NCBI RefSeq assembly: GCF_964204645.1
Contig: NC_134032.1
Span: forward strand, 16,294,275 to 16,358,274
From: Tubulanus polymorphus
Taxonomy: Eukaryota > Animalia > Nemertea
DNA: 64,000 nucleotides
Direction: 5' to 3'
The translations under genes and the position numbers were made by a program. The notes beneath the pieces were generated by a model that was not told where the DNA came from, searched no databases, and worked only from the letters and a program-made list of their open reading frames with translations. Shown here piece by piece: positions 27,001 through 38,600 of this stretch (positions are counted from its first letter, which is position 1; the number at the start of each line of letters is the position of its first letter).

Positions 27001-30000
27001 CCACCTACACTGTGACGCGTGTTATCTATAACTGATAGTGAACGCCACCTACACCGTGGCGCGTGTTATCTATAACTGATAGTGAACGCCACCTACACTG
27101 TGACGCGTGTTATCTATAACTGATAGTGAACGCCACCTACACTGTGGCGCGTGTTATCTATAACTGATAGTGAACGCCACCTACACTGTGGCACGTGTTA
27201 TCTATAACTGATAGTGAACGCCACCTACACTGTGGCGCGTGTTATCTATAACTGATAGTGAACGCCACCTACACTGTGGCGCGTGTTATCTATAACTGAT
27301 AGTGAACGCCACCTACACCGTGGCGCGTGTTATCTATAACTGATAGTGAACGCCACCTACACTGTGACGCGTGTTATCTATAACTGATAGTGAACGCCAC
27401 CTACACTGTGGCACGTGTTATCTATAACTGATAGTGAACGCCACCTACACCGTGGCGCGTGTTATCTATAACTGATAGTGAACGCCACCTACACTGTGAC
27501 GCGTGTTATCTATAACTGATAGTGAACGCCACCTACACTGTGGCACGTGTTATCTATAACTGATAGTGAACGCCACCTACACTGTGGCGCGTGTTATCTA
27601 TAACTGATAGTGAACGCCACCTACACTGTGACGCGTGTTATCTATAACTGATAGTGAACGCCACATACACCGTGGCGCGTGTTATCTATAACTGATAGTG
27701 AACGCCACCTACACCGTGGCGCGTGTTATCTATAACTGATAATGAACGCCACCTACACCGTGGCGCGTGTTATCTATCACTGATAGTGAACGCCACCTAC
27801 ACCGTGGCGCGTGATATCTATAACTGAGTGAACGCCACCTACACCGTGGAGCGTGTTATCTATAACTGATAGTGAACGCCACCTACACCGTGACGCGTGT
27901 TATCTATAACTGATAGTGAACGCCACCTACACTGTGGCGCGTGTTATCTAAAACTGATAATGAACGCCACCTACACCGTGGCGCGTGTTATCTATCACTG
28001 ATAGTGAACGCCACCTACACCGTGGCGCGTATTATCTATAACTGATAGTGAACGCCACCTACACTGTGGCGTGTGTTATCTATAACTGAAAGTGAACGCC
28101 ACCTACACCGTGGCGCGTGTTATCTATAACTGATAATGAACGCCACCTACACCGTGGCGCGTGTTATCTATAACTGATAGTGAACGCCACCTACACCGTG
28201 GCGCGTATTATCTATAACTGATAGTGAACGCCACCTACACGTGTAGCGTGGCGTGCGGGGAGGCGTGTGGGGAGGGGTGTGGCGAGGCGTGTAGGGAGGC
28301 GTGTGGGGAGGGGTGTAGCGAGGCGTGATGCGCTTATACTCTAAAACGCTCAGGAGTCGCAGGTACCCATTTACCGCTGGGTGGAGAGAGGTGATGAGGA
28401 TAAGTGTCTCGCGCGAGGACACTACGGTAATGTACGGGGTTCGAATCCACGACCTGGATTCCCAGAGCCGCACCGCTCCACACAGAACAAATACACACAG
28501 AAAACATCAAACTAGAATTATAACTTACCGGTCGTACGGGCGACAGCGGCACGGTAGAGTCTAATGTGGTGTTCTAGAAAAATAAAATGATTTTAAAGAT
28601 TAAATCATGCATTTTCACTGCCAGAAACTGAATTCATCAAATCTATTAAATATTTCAGTGAGATGAACTGTAAAGAGCCCCCCCGGGTATTAGGGTAATT
28701 AACAGACCCTTCAGGACCCTGTTTACAATACTCCACACAATTTGATGCAGTAAACCCGATTAGAGAGATTTCTCTATTATTTGTCGTCATGCGCTGATAT
28801 AGAATATTTTGTTTGTTACACAATATCCGGCCGGAACTAATAACCGAACGCACTATAGTTCGGTCTTAACGTATTTCACGGTGTCGGCCATCTTGGAAAT
28901 GGGTTGAAAACTACAGCGACCGGCGGCCGGGCAGCAGACACACTGATAGGTAACTTGTCGAATGTTCAGATTTTGGCAGCACGCGCTGAAGCTGCCCGTA
29001 AATTACCCCGGACATATAAGAGGGAATGGGAGTTTAGGATACTGACTGATTGAAATATTTATACTTACAGGCGTCAGCCGCGGCGACTGCCTCTGATGAG
29101 GAGGAGCTCTACCCTAGAAACAACAATAATATAAACATAATTAGTCAAATTCATTAAGGGTTGAATTTTCAAACATTTCTTATGCAATGTTTTTTATTTC
29201 AAAATCAATGATTGAAAAGTTGTTTTTTAAAGAAAAATTTGATGCACAATTTTTACATGATGTTAAATGTTCCTTAATAACACATACATTGGTGAAACAA
29301 TGCGACATTTGGCCACAAGGCGTCAAATTTGTCTTTAAAAAACAACTTTTCAATCGTTGATTCTGGAAAAAATGACTTTGAAATCACCATCAAAGAGGCA
29401 TTTTTTATTTCAACTTGTCGGTTTTAATCATTTTAAGTGAACAAAAAGTATTCCGGGATGGAATCCACGAATCAAGGTCCCCAGCGATGTGGCGCCGGTA
29501 TCGGGTCCCCAGCGATGTGGCGCCGGTATCGGGTACCCAGCGATGTGGCGCCGGTATCGGGTACCCAGCGATGTGGCGCCGGTATCGGGTACCCAGCGAT
29601 GTGGCGCCGGTATCGGGTCCCCAGCGATGTGGCGCCGGTATCGGGTCCCCAGCGATGAAGGGTTTATTCAGTTTCTTCATTTAATTAATTAGATCTTCGT
29701 TATTTCAACAAGAATCGTTTAGAGACCATTTATTTATTTGAGCATCTTTAAATTTTTCAATCAATGGAGCCTTGGATCCAGCCAGATTAAAAACCGACCC
29801 CTTACATACTCATCAACCTAACAGGTGCAACAAACAGTAAAGGTTTTCAATATAAGGGATCGTTCAATCAATATGCACACACCTCTCCGTGCCTTGTGCG
29901 ACGAGCTGTCAGGGGACGAGGGTAATGAGCTGTCAGGGGACGAGGGTAACAGCTGTCAGGGGATGAGGGTAACCAGCTGTCAGGGGACGAGGGTAACGAG

Positions 30001-31867
30001 TTGTCAGGGGACGAGGGTAATGAGCTGTCAGGGGACGAGGGTAACAGCTGTCAGGGGACGAGGGTAACGAGCTGTCAGGGGACGAGGGTAACGAGCTGTC
30101 AGGGGACGAGGGTAACAGCTGTCAGGGGACAAGGGTAACAGCTGTCAGGGGACGAGGGTAACAGCTGTCAGGGGACGAGGGTAACAGCTGTCAGGGGACG
30201 GCAGTAATGAGCTGTCACGGGACTTCCTAAGAAAACTAGATTTTATCTACAGACAGACGAAAAGTGAACGCAATAGCGCAATAACTTAAGTCCCCAGTGG
30301 GATAAAAAAAGCATGAATTAGTTTGGACTTAAATGCAAGATGTTTGTTTAATCACTTACAGCTGACGGTCCTGGTATTGGTGACAAATTCTGTAAAGATA
30401 AAATGAAACAAAATATTAGATTGATATTCATGAATACATGTATCACTGATTCTTCAGTAGTTCTATAACCAATCTAAAAATTCAACACCAGTCTAAACTC
30501 ATTTTAGTTCTATAACCAATCTAACAACTTAAGACCAATCTAAGCTCATTTTAATTCTAAAACTATTCTATCAACTTGAGACCAGTCTAAGCTCATTTTA
30601 GTTCTATAACCAATCTAACAACTTAAGACCAGTCTAAGCTTATTTTAGTTCTATAACCAATCTAACAACTTCAGACCAGTCTAAACTCATTTTAGTTCTA
30701 TAACCAATCTAACAACTTAAGACCAGTCTAAACTCATTTTAGTTCTATAACCAATCTAACAACTTGAGACCAGTCTAAACTCATTCTAGTTCTATAACCA
30801 ATCTAACAACTTGAGACCAGCCTAAACTCATTTTAGTTCTATAAACAGAGAGAACACATGTAGTTGTTACTTACAGGGGTCGGCGGCGGCGGTGGCGCCA
30901 CTTGTCCCGGCGTCGGAGGTACGATCTGTAAATACAATAAAAAAATACACAATTTAAAACAAGAACTGATTTTAGTTTTAAGGTTGGAGGGAAGTCTATC
31001 AGTTTTGGGGTTGGAGGGAAGTCGATCAGTTTTGGGGTTGGAGGGAAGTCGATCAGTTTTTGGGTTGGAGGGAAGTCTATCAGTTTTGGGGTTGGAGGGA
31101 AGTCTATCAGTTTTGGGGTTGGAGGGAAGTCGATCAGTTTTGGGGTTGGAGGGAAGTCTATCAGTTTTGGGGTTGGAGGGAAGTCTATCAGTTTTGGGGT
31201 TGGAGGGAAGTCTATCAGTTTTCTTGTTGATTGTATTTATTTCTGGAGTAGCATCAGAAACATGGTTCAAAGTTCCCCCTCCCCCCAGCTGCTTCAGACT
31301 CACTACATGTGTTTATTGTAGTTATAACTTACCGACTCGCCGAGTTGTTGTTGCTGCTGTTGCTGCTGCTGTTGATGCTGGAAAAGAAAAATATTCATGC
31401 AATGACAATTGAGCTTTAGTGATAATTATGATAGATATGGATATAGGAAGGACACAGCTGTGAAATTACACTTTCAAATACGATAATAAAATAGAATAAA
31501 TGTATCGCCATGGGAACGACCAATAATCGGTGCCAAATATCGTTATTTAAATGTTACCATGGTTACTATAAATAAAAACCAGTTCACGATAGCATTTTTC
31601 ACAGAATAAATTTGCTCAATCGACCTCAAATTCAATTCAAATACCGTTTTATTCAAAACGTTGCCAAATTCGTTCATGTTTATCATTGGTCTCATTAACG
31701 GTGTTATTTAACAGAACACTTTGACTCTACCTGTTTTTACACTTGTTTTCTAATATAGTATGAATAAATTAGCATGAAAGCAGTAAATTTGAACTTACCG
31801 AAGGACTTGACGTAAGCGGCCCGGGCCGCCCGCGCGCGCCAATTGATTTTTTTGTTGCTTTTGGCAT
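19077..31867 (-). CDS. Orphan Pro-rich, probably nuclear protein (about 343 aa), 10 coding exons including five consecutive phase-0 micro-exons
   Basis: Exons 31799-31867 (ATG), 31333-31377, 30875-30925, 30360-30389, 29069-29113, 28529-28573, 25482-25542, 20791-20856, 20118-20350, 19077-19463 total 1032 nt in one open frame. Eight of nine donors are GTAAGT (one GTAAGA) and all acceptors are YAG. Paralogous exon copies at 37-41 kb show synonymous changes and an in-frame indel. Confidence 0.75.
20118..20350 (-). CDS. Orphan gene exon 9 FVDILQECPF...EGDLTE
   Basis: 233 nt, acAG/GTAAGA, phase 1-0; inside ORF 20106-20402. Confidence 0.75.
20791..20856 (-). CDS. Orphan gene exon 8 TLAFRIRRAFRREEFVRLFLPE
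   Basis: 66 nt, acAG/GTAAGT, phase 1-1. Confidence 0.75.
21050..21093. repeat. (TA)n microsatellite
   Basis: Directly visible. Confidence 0.95.
21335..22878. repeat. About 80-bp AT-rich minisatellite, about 19 copies
   Basis: Unit contains TTCTCTCTCTTTTCATCAGAGCATCAGAAAATTCACTATTTTTTTACTAAAAATT. Confidence 0.95.
23885..24915. repeat. 29-bp (27-bp variant) minisatellite, about 36 copies
   Basis: GCTAAAGCTAGGGGCACACGAGCTATAAA. Confidence 0.97.
25482..25542 (-). CDS. Orphan gene exon 7 SFDDSGPLLPPETPPALQAR
   Basis: 61 nt, acAG/GTAAGT, phase 0-1. Confidence 0.7.
25684..28240. repeat. 44-bp minisatellite, about 58 copies
   Basis: GTGAACGCCACCTACACYGTGGCGCGTGTTATCTATAACTGATA. Confidence 0.97.
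28325..28481 (-). mobile_element. Truncated tRNA-derived SINE
   Basis: Minus strand reads GGATTCGAACCCC (B box), GTGTCCTCGCGCGAGACACTT, CTCTCCACCCAGCGGTAAATGGGTACC; absent from the paralogous intron copies at 37531 and 40296. Confidence 0.65.
28529..28573 (-). CDS. Orphan gene exon 6 NTTLDSTVPLSPVRP
   Basis: 45 nt, ctAG/GTAAGT, phase 0-0; copy at 40222-40266 differs by three synonymous changes only. Confidence 0.75.
29069..29113 (-). CDS. Orphan gene exon 5 GRAPPHQRQSPRLTP
   Basis: 45 nt, ctAG/GTAAGT, phase 0-0. Confidence 0.7.
29477..29656. repeat. 28-bp GC-rich minisatellite, about 6 copies
   Basis: GGTMCCCAGCGATGTGGCGCCGGTATCG. Confidence 0.95.
29900..30222. repeat. 22/24-bp minisatellite, about 14 copies
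   Basis: AGCTGTCAGGGGACGAGGGTAA core. Confidence 0.95.
30360..30389 (-). CDS. Orphan gene exon 4 NLSPIPGPSA
   Basis: 30 nt, acAG/GTAAGT, phase 0-0. Confidence 0.7.
30459..30843. repeat. 47-bp minisatellite, about 8 copies
   Basis: AGTTCTATAACCAATCTAACAACTTAAGACCAGTCTAAACTCATTTT. Confidence 0.93.
30875..30925 (-). CDS. Orphan gene exon 3 IVPPTPGQVAPPPPPTP
   Basis: 51 nt, acAG/GTAAGT, phase 0-0. Confidence 0.7.
30982..31221. repeat. 27-bp minisatellite, about 9 copies
   Basis: GGTTGGAGGGAAGTCTATCAGTTTTGG. Confidence 0.95.
31333..31377 (-). CDS. Orphan gene exon 2 HQQQQQQQQQQLGES
   Basis: 45 nt, ccAG/GTAAGT, phase 0-0. Confidence 0.7.
31799..31867 (-). CDS. Orphan gene exon 1 MPKATKKSIGARGRPGPLTSSPS
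   Basis: tctAG acceptor at 31871-31872, ATG 31865-31867, GTAAGT donor. Confidence 0.7.
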
Positions 31868-33395
31868 ATTCTAGAAAAATAAATAAAACAATTAAATCAT
31901 ATGAAAATAGATTATTATATCAGACATGAATCATGCACAGTTTAGTCAATTATTCCTGTATATGGTTCACTCAGTAGAGTACTGAACATAAAGTAACTAA
32001 TAAACAGGTGAATCTAGTAACAATCGCTCAACAGAATGTAGAGTACAAGTCAGACACCTCGGCTACTAATGGATTTCTCTTCAAAAATGTGAATTAAGCT
32101 ATTTCAATCACAAGGTTGACCATTTCCCGACTTAAGCTCCCACTAACTGACAATCGGTTCCACATGTCGACTATCTGTAACCCATGATTTATCATATTAT
32201 ATCAAAAATTAATGCTATTTAACCTTGGCCTGACTCAAAAATGGCGTTGGAACAGCAGCAGTGAAACCACGCCAATAATTTACTAAATGACCTTTTTTTC
32301 TATTCTATACTGTTTTTGAAAATTGACGTAAATTCACTGCAGCAAAATAAAACCTGTCAAAAATTGGCAATTTGCTGCGACAATCAAAAATTGCTTCAGT
32401 GGCGTTGGAAGTGTAGAGACTGCAGCGGCGATAATTAACTGAATGACGTTTGTTTTTCTTTGAATACCACATTTTTGAAGAAATTAAGTAAATTTGCCGC
32501 AGCAATATTTAGAACCTGTCCAAAATCGGCGTTTGGCTGCGGCAATAAAAATTGCTTCCAACACCCCTGCTCAATATGGCCGCCAATTTGACCTTGACTT
32601 CACTGTAAATATGGCCGCCGGCTAGGAAAAATTTTCCACCAGCAAAAATGCTTTAAAATGATAAATCATGACCGATGTATATGTGATATCTAATAATTAC
32701 TAACTGGAGCTAGGAACTGATCTGATGTGTTTATCATCAGTTTATCATTCACTAAGGCCTTCAATACATGTGTATAATATTTACGCTGATTTAACGAAAA
32801 GTTGAAAAGTTGTTGCACTCACTTTAATGTCTGTGAAACGAATGATTCGATCAACTGACCGCTGGTCATCGTTCAGTGACCCGCACCATCCTCAACCAAT
32901 CAACACGCGTCTTCGTGCATTTCATATTCAAATAAGCTCCGCCTCCACGATTCAAACCATATGTTCAACGCAAAATAAGGCTAATGTTGAGATGAGTTCA
33001 TGTTCATGCACAAAACGGAAGTAATACCGAAAAACAAAAAGGCAGCTTCTGAATCGAAGGAGGGTTCTTCAGGTGGTTCAACTGAACTAACCATCTCGCA
33101 TAAATCGGTGTTCATTGATTTAAAAACCGATATTAAAGTTTGAATCAGAATTATTACTGATATATTCAAAATGTGGTAAATGTTATGAAATAATTCAAAA
33201 TATAATGTAAAATGAATATTTCCGGTCATTATTTTTCAGCAATGAATTTTCAATGTAGACTCTGCTGCACGAGGAGTACTCCGACTCACTTACCAGGCAA
33301 CGGAATAACGCCAGTCCGGAGTTCGCCTGCCAGGGTATGGAACAGCGGCCGCGCGCGATTTGACAGACCCCGGTATGATCCTAATGCGACAAGCA

Positions 33396-33503
33396 GGACC
33401 CAGCTCCACACTCTGAGTTAGAGTTAACTCTGGGTTAAAATTAGTTTATTCCAATTACTTAACTCTGAGTCAAATCTTCACTCACAACTGTGGAACTGGG
33501 TCC
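33396..33503. mobile_element. MITE with GGACCCAGTTCCACA-type TIRs
   Basis: GGACCCAGCTCCACA ... TGTGGAACTGGGTCC, 14/15 inverted match, 108 bp. Confidence 0.65.
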
Positions 33504-35169
33504 GGCAGTATAAGTTAGTTCACAGATTTACCGCTATTGATTAGTATTGGGGCAGCACCCGACGGTCAAGAATTGACGAACTGATACACCTCAACATCTT
33601 ACTGTGGCATGCGAGGTTCAACATCATAGTATTCCATAGTACTAGTTTTACCTCGAAAGTTAATCAAAGTATCACCATCAATCAAACTCACACTTTGATT
33701 AAGAGCTGTAGAACTTTATCGTTATAAGCATACTGTATACAGAAATGCTTGTTATCGATGGAATATTCTAAATTCCCGAAAAAATACAATTATGCAAAAT
33801 CGTTCAATAAAATTTGTTTTAAGAGTTGAATCCGTTTTCTATTTCTTCAATCATTTCCTGAAGGTCGAGTTGCGCAGTGTGGGTCATGATAAGACTGGTC
33901 TGTCTTAAAGTTGTTACGATTTGCTAGTGAACTTAAGATGGTCTAAAAGAGACTGGGTCTTAATTACATCAATGAGTAAATTCCACCATTCTCTGCTAAG
34001 AGTAATAAGATGTGAGCTCAGATGAATCCCACAGAAAACATTACAACCAGAAAAAACAACTTTAAAATGAAGAAGCAATGTATATGATCGACAAACTAGT
34101 TTTATTAGAAGGCTTACGTTGGATCACATTTTTTTTAAAGACATGATCATGTAATATAAACATTACAGAAAATGATTTTAAAGTATGTTATAGACTTAAC
34201 ATTAGACAACTATAAATTAACTTTTGCTCAAAAAAAATAATATTTACATTTTGATTTATTTCAGAAATGAACAACAATTTCTCAATAAAAATGACATTAA
34301 TTTTAGAAGATGACTACACAATTTGTTTATTTCAATTAACACGAGAGCCTTATAATCATGATGTAATAATAAGAACAAGAAAAACTGGTATAAAATCGAC
34401 ACAAATCATGTCCAGAAACAAAACAGTTAAACCTCCTTAAGTCATTCTAGTTGTGACAATCATTGTTTCAACAACTTATCTGAATTGCAAATAAAATTGG
34501 GCGCCAAAAATAGAGATGACTTCAGTAATGTGACGACTTATCCAAATTATGACTTACACTTAGTGAATAGAATTAGAAATACAAATTGTGACTCAAAAAT
34601 AGAGATGACTTCAGTAATGTGACAATTCAATCAAGTTTGATTTTATAACATAAATTGTAAATGATTATGTTCAGGTTTTGCTCTGAATAGTTTTGTTGTA
34701 TCATACTGAATATTGTCCCTTAATGAAATATCACCCACAAAGTCTCATCCACTTTCGGAATATTGTCCATTTCTTTGATGTATATCTTCATTTCTCTTTC
34801 ATTTGAGTTATTAACATTTCCCTGAAAATACATTAAAATTGAAAATATCACTGCAGCTGTATCTTACGAGAATAAAACTTGCATGAACTAGAAACATTTG
34901 GTTTCAGTCTCTGGGTCCAGTTTCACAAAATGAAACAAATAACTTCTAAGAGTTAGACTTTTTAGAGAATTGGAACCCATGGCCCTAATTCACAAAACAA
35001 AGGAAAACTCTAAATTCTATTTAATTTCGTCAATTCCTTTCTGTGAAACTTTGCCCAGTTTTAAGGTGGATATTGTTATCAGAGCACATTGTAAATACCT
35101 TTTGAGCAGCGGATGTAAATATTCTCAGACGGATTGGTTCCATTAAACGCACCCAGCATAGCACGGACT

Positions 35170-35462
35170 CAATGCTGATTTCATCCCAGTCTCAATGCCG
35201 ATTTCATCCCAGTATCAATGCTGATTTCATCCCAGTATCAATGCTGATTTCATCCCAGTATCAATGCTGATTTCATCCCAGTATCAATGCTGATTTCATC
35301 CCAGTATCAATGCTGATTTAATCCCAGTATCAATGCTGATTTCATCCCAGTATCAATGCTGATTTAATCCCAGTCTCAATGCTGATTTAATCCCAGTATC
35401 AATGCTGATTTAATCCCAGTCTCAATGCTGATTTCATCCCAGTCTCAATGCTGATTTCATCC
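35170..35462. repeat. 23-bp minisatellite, about 13 copies
   Basis: CAATGCTGATTTCATCCCAGTAT. Confidence 0.95.
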
Positions 35463-35640
35463 CTGTGTCACTAAAATTAGAATAATGAAATCATAGATGG
35501 TGAAAATATACAAAGAGAAGAACAGACACTATGTGTAATAAATGAAACATGTGACCTGAGCTAGTAACAGCAACGGTTAGCGGACTAGTGGAGAATAAGA
35601 CACACAGGGGTACCACTAAATCAGGGAAAACAGGCCTCAG

Positions 35641-38600
35641 TCAGTGAGAACTATGTATGAGCGGACTGACGGATCGTCTCTCGATCTGCATGCATAAACC
35701 ACCTACATCCAGTCCGAAACGAAAAAAGACAAATGACAACAAGGCAAAGTGGCGCAAAAAATAACTAGACTGCAGTAGTGAGGTGGTTATGGTGCAGGGG
35801 TTGTTTGCAATCATACAGATCCTGGATCGATCGCCCAAAGAGCTCTCGATCTGCGTGCTTAAAATACCTCTCAATCCAGTCCAAATGACAAGTAGTGAAG
35901 TAGTGCAGAAAATAATGTGACCTTAGCAACAAGAAGGTGGTTATGGTGTTGGGGGGGGGGGGGTAAAGTTGCTCATGCTGCAGCTACCAACAAACTTCTC
36001 AAATCGGAAATGACTTTTAAAACGCAGGAACAATAATCAGTATGGATGTACAATCTGTAGATGGACTGTCCTTAGAGATCCACAATATCCAATAATAGTA
36101 TGGAATGAATATTCTCTAGTTCTACACAGTGCAGTCGTTATTCAGGAATTGTATATTTTCTTCACTTGAAAAAAAAGTGTTCTGCAAGAGATGAAGCTGC
36201 CAGTCACGAAGCAACTCTTAACTGAAAGCACAATGTGGGACTGCTCCTGCCAACATTCTGAGCAGTCCTCAGCATCTCCTGGAGCTCCACCATCGTGATG
36301 ACCAACCACCAAACTAAAACAACCAGGTACATCAGATGATCTGGCGGGGCTATACGGGCAATAACACAGCAGGACCTCGCCTGAAAGTATTGCCATTGAA
36401 TTGGCTAAGCAACAAGGAGAGTCTGAACAAGGCTACGAGGCAGCTACCCAACTATGGGAATCAGTAATCAGGTGCGCGAAAAAAATTAATCCCACCCCAA
36501 AGCTGTCTCAACAGCCTGAGGAGCTAGCTCCACGAACCCCTGAGTTGGCTCCTCCGCAGGTGGTGGACCCTGTTTCGCCGGTGCAGGTGGTTGCGCCCAC
36601 CGTATCTTCGGATACGGAGGTCGCGCCGCCTGTTGCCCCGGAGCAGGAAGTTGCCCCTGCCGTGGTAGCCCCGACAGAGGCGCCACAGGTTCAGGCTCCT
36701 GGCCCGCGCAGATCGCCCCAGAAAAAATCGAAAGGAGGTCGATTATACAGGAGGTTCGGGGCGATCTACTCCTAAAAAAAGAAAACGTGCGGCTCCTCCC
36801 CAACAGCCAGATACATCGGAGGAGTCGAGTGATGAGGAGTTACCTACAGCTCCTAGAGCCTCACCGCCAGGGTCCTCACCACCAGCGTGACGACCAACAC
36901 CACCAAAAACAACAACCGCTCCGGCGGGGGTAGAACCCTCCCCCGTCGTAGAGCTCGTCGCGCGGGGCCCTGGCTGGTCAAGGATAATTGAGTTCGACGA
37001 CCCAATTACCTTGCTCCGCGACGTCGAAGGGGCATTCCATGGGGAATACAAATTTATAAAGCGGAGGAGAACACGTTGATTCTCCTCACCCCTTCACTCG
37101 CCGTCACTCCGTGGGCATCAAGATCAGCCCACACAGCACGTCTGCAGATCGACACTTCAAGAGTTGTCCCTGTGGATGGTGCGGCTTATGAAAGCAATCA
37201 GGAGGAAGGGGTAAGAGTAAATAGGAAGCAGCCGAGCTGATGGTGGTGGGGCTGGCGAGTGATCGAGTGGCCCGAGAGGTAGAGGTGGTGGCCTGGCATA
37301 CCGATGGAGAGTGGGAGGAGCGTTAATTACCCTAATACCTGGGGGGCTCCTTACAGTTCATCTCACTGGAATATTTAATAGATTTGATGAATTCAGTTTC
37401 TCGCAGTGAAAATGCATGATTTAATCTTTAAAATCATTTTATTTTTCTAGAACACGACATTTGACTCGGACGAAACCGTGCAGCTGTCGCCCGTACGACC
37501 GGTAAGTTATAATTCTAGTTTGATGTTTTTCAGTACTGTAAGATGACATAAATTCCGGATTTTTTCTTATATTTTACTAATTGTTGAAATTCAAAACAAA
37601 TGCTATATTCTATTTTATCATCGTATTTGAAAGTGTAATTTCACAGCTGTGTCCTTCCTATATCTATATCTATCATAATTATCACTAAAGCTCAATTGTC
37701 ATTGCATGAATATTTTTTTTTTCTTTTCCAGCATCAACAGCAGCAGCAACAGCAGCAACAACAACTCGGCGAGTCGGTAAGTTATAACTACAATAAACAC
37801 ATGTAGTGAGTCTGAAGCAGCTGGGGGAGGGGAGGGGGAGGGGGGAACGTTGAACCATGTTTCTGCTGCTACTGCTGACACGTAATGATCCCCCCTCATA
37901 TACAACACCTCATACTACAGTAATGTATTGTAGTATTTGATTACTACTCCAGGTGGTTCGCCAGTTCTTTACAGACACGACCACCTCCAAAAAAGAAAAA
38001 CAAACGTGGTTCACCAGTGAGGGGAAGCAAGAGTCATCACCAGTGGTTGATGAGCTTATTGAAGGTAATCAGGAGGAAGGGGTAGGGTTAGATAGGGGGA
38101 AGAGGCCAAGGCGGGATGATGGTGGGTCCTGAATCTATAGATCTCTCAATCTGCATGCTTAAACCACCAGCAAAATACATCTACATCCAGTCCGAAAGAA
38201 AGAAGAGACAAATGACAACAAAGCAAAGTGGTGCAAAAAATAACTAGACCGCAGCAATGAGGTGGTTGTGGTGCAGGGGTTGTTTGCAATCAAACAGATC
38301 CTGGATCGATCACCTATTAAGCTCTCGATCTGCGTGCTCAAATTACCTCTAAATCCAGTCCAAAATAACAACAAGGTGAAATAATGCAGAAAATAACTAG
38401 ACCGCAGTAATGAGAAGGTTATCGTGGGTTGAGGGGGGTAAAGTTGCTCATGCTGCTGCTACCAACAAACTTCTCACATATCAAAGGGTAGCCATGCCAT
38501 GCCGTGGTAGCCCCGACAGAGGCGCCACAGGTTCAGGCTCCTGGCCCGTGCAGATCGCCCCGGAAAAATCGAAAGGAAGCTGACTCACGGGAGGTTTGGG

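Noticed and set aside
30839-31412. 154-aa and 182-aa ORFs as genes
   Set aside because: Mostly an intronic 27-bp array; only 30875-30925 and 31333-31377 have exon boundaries.
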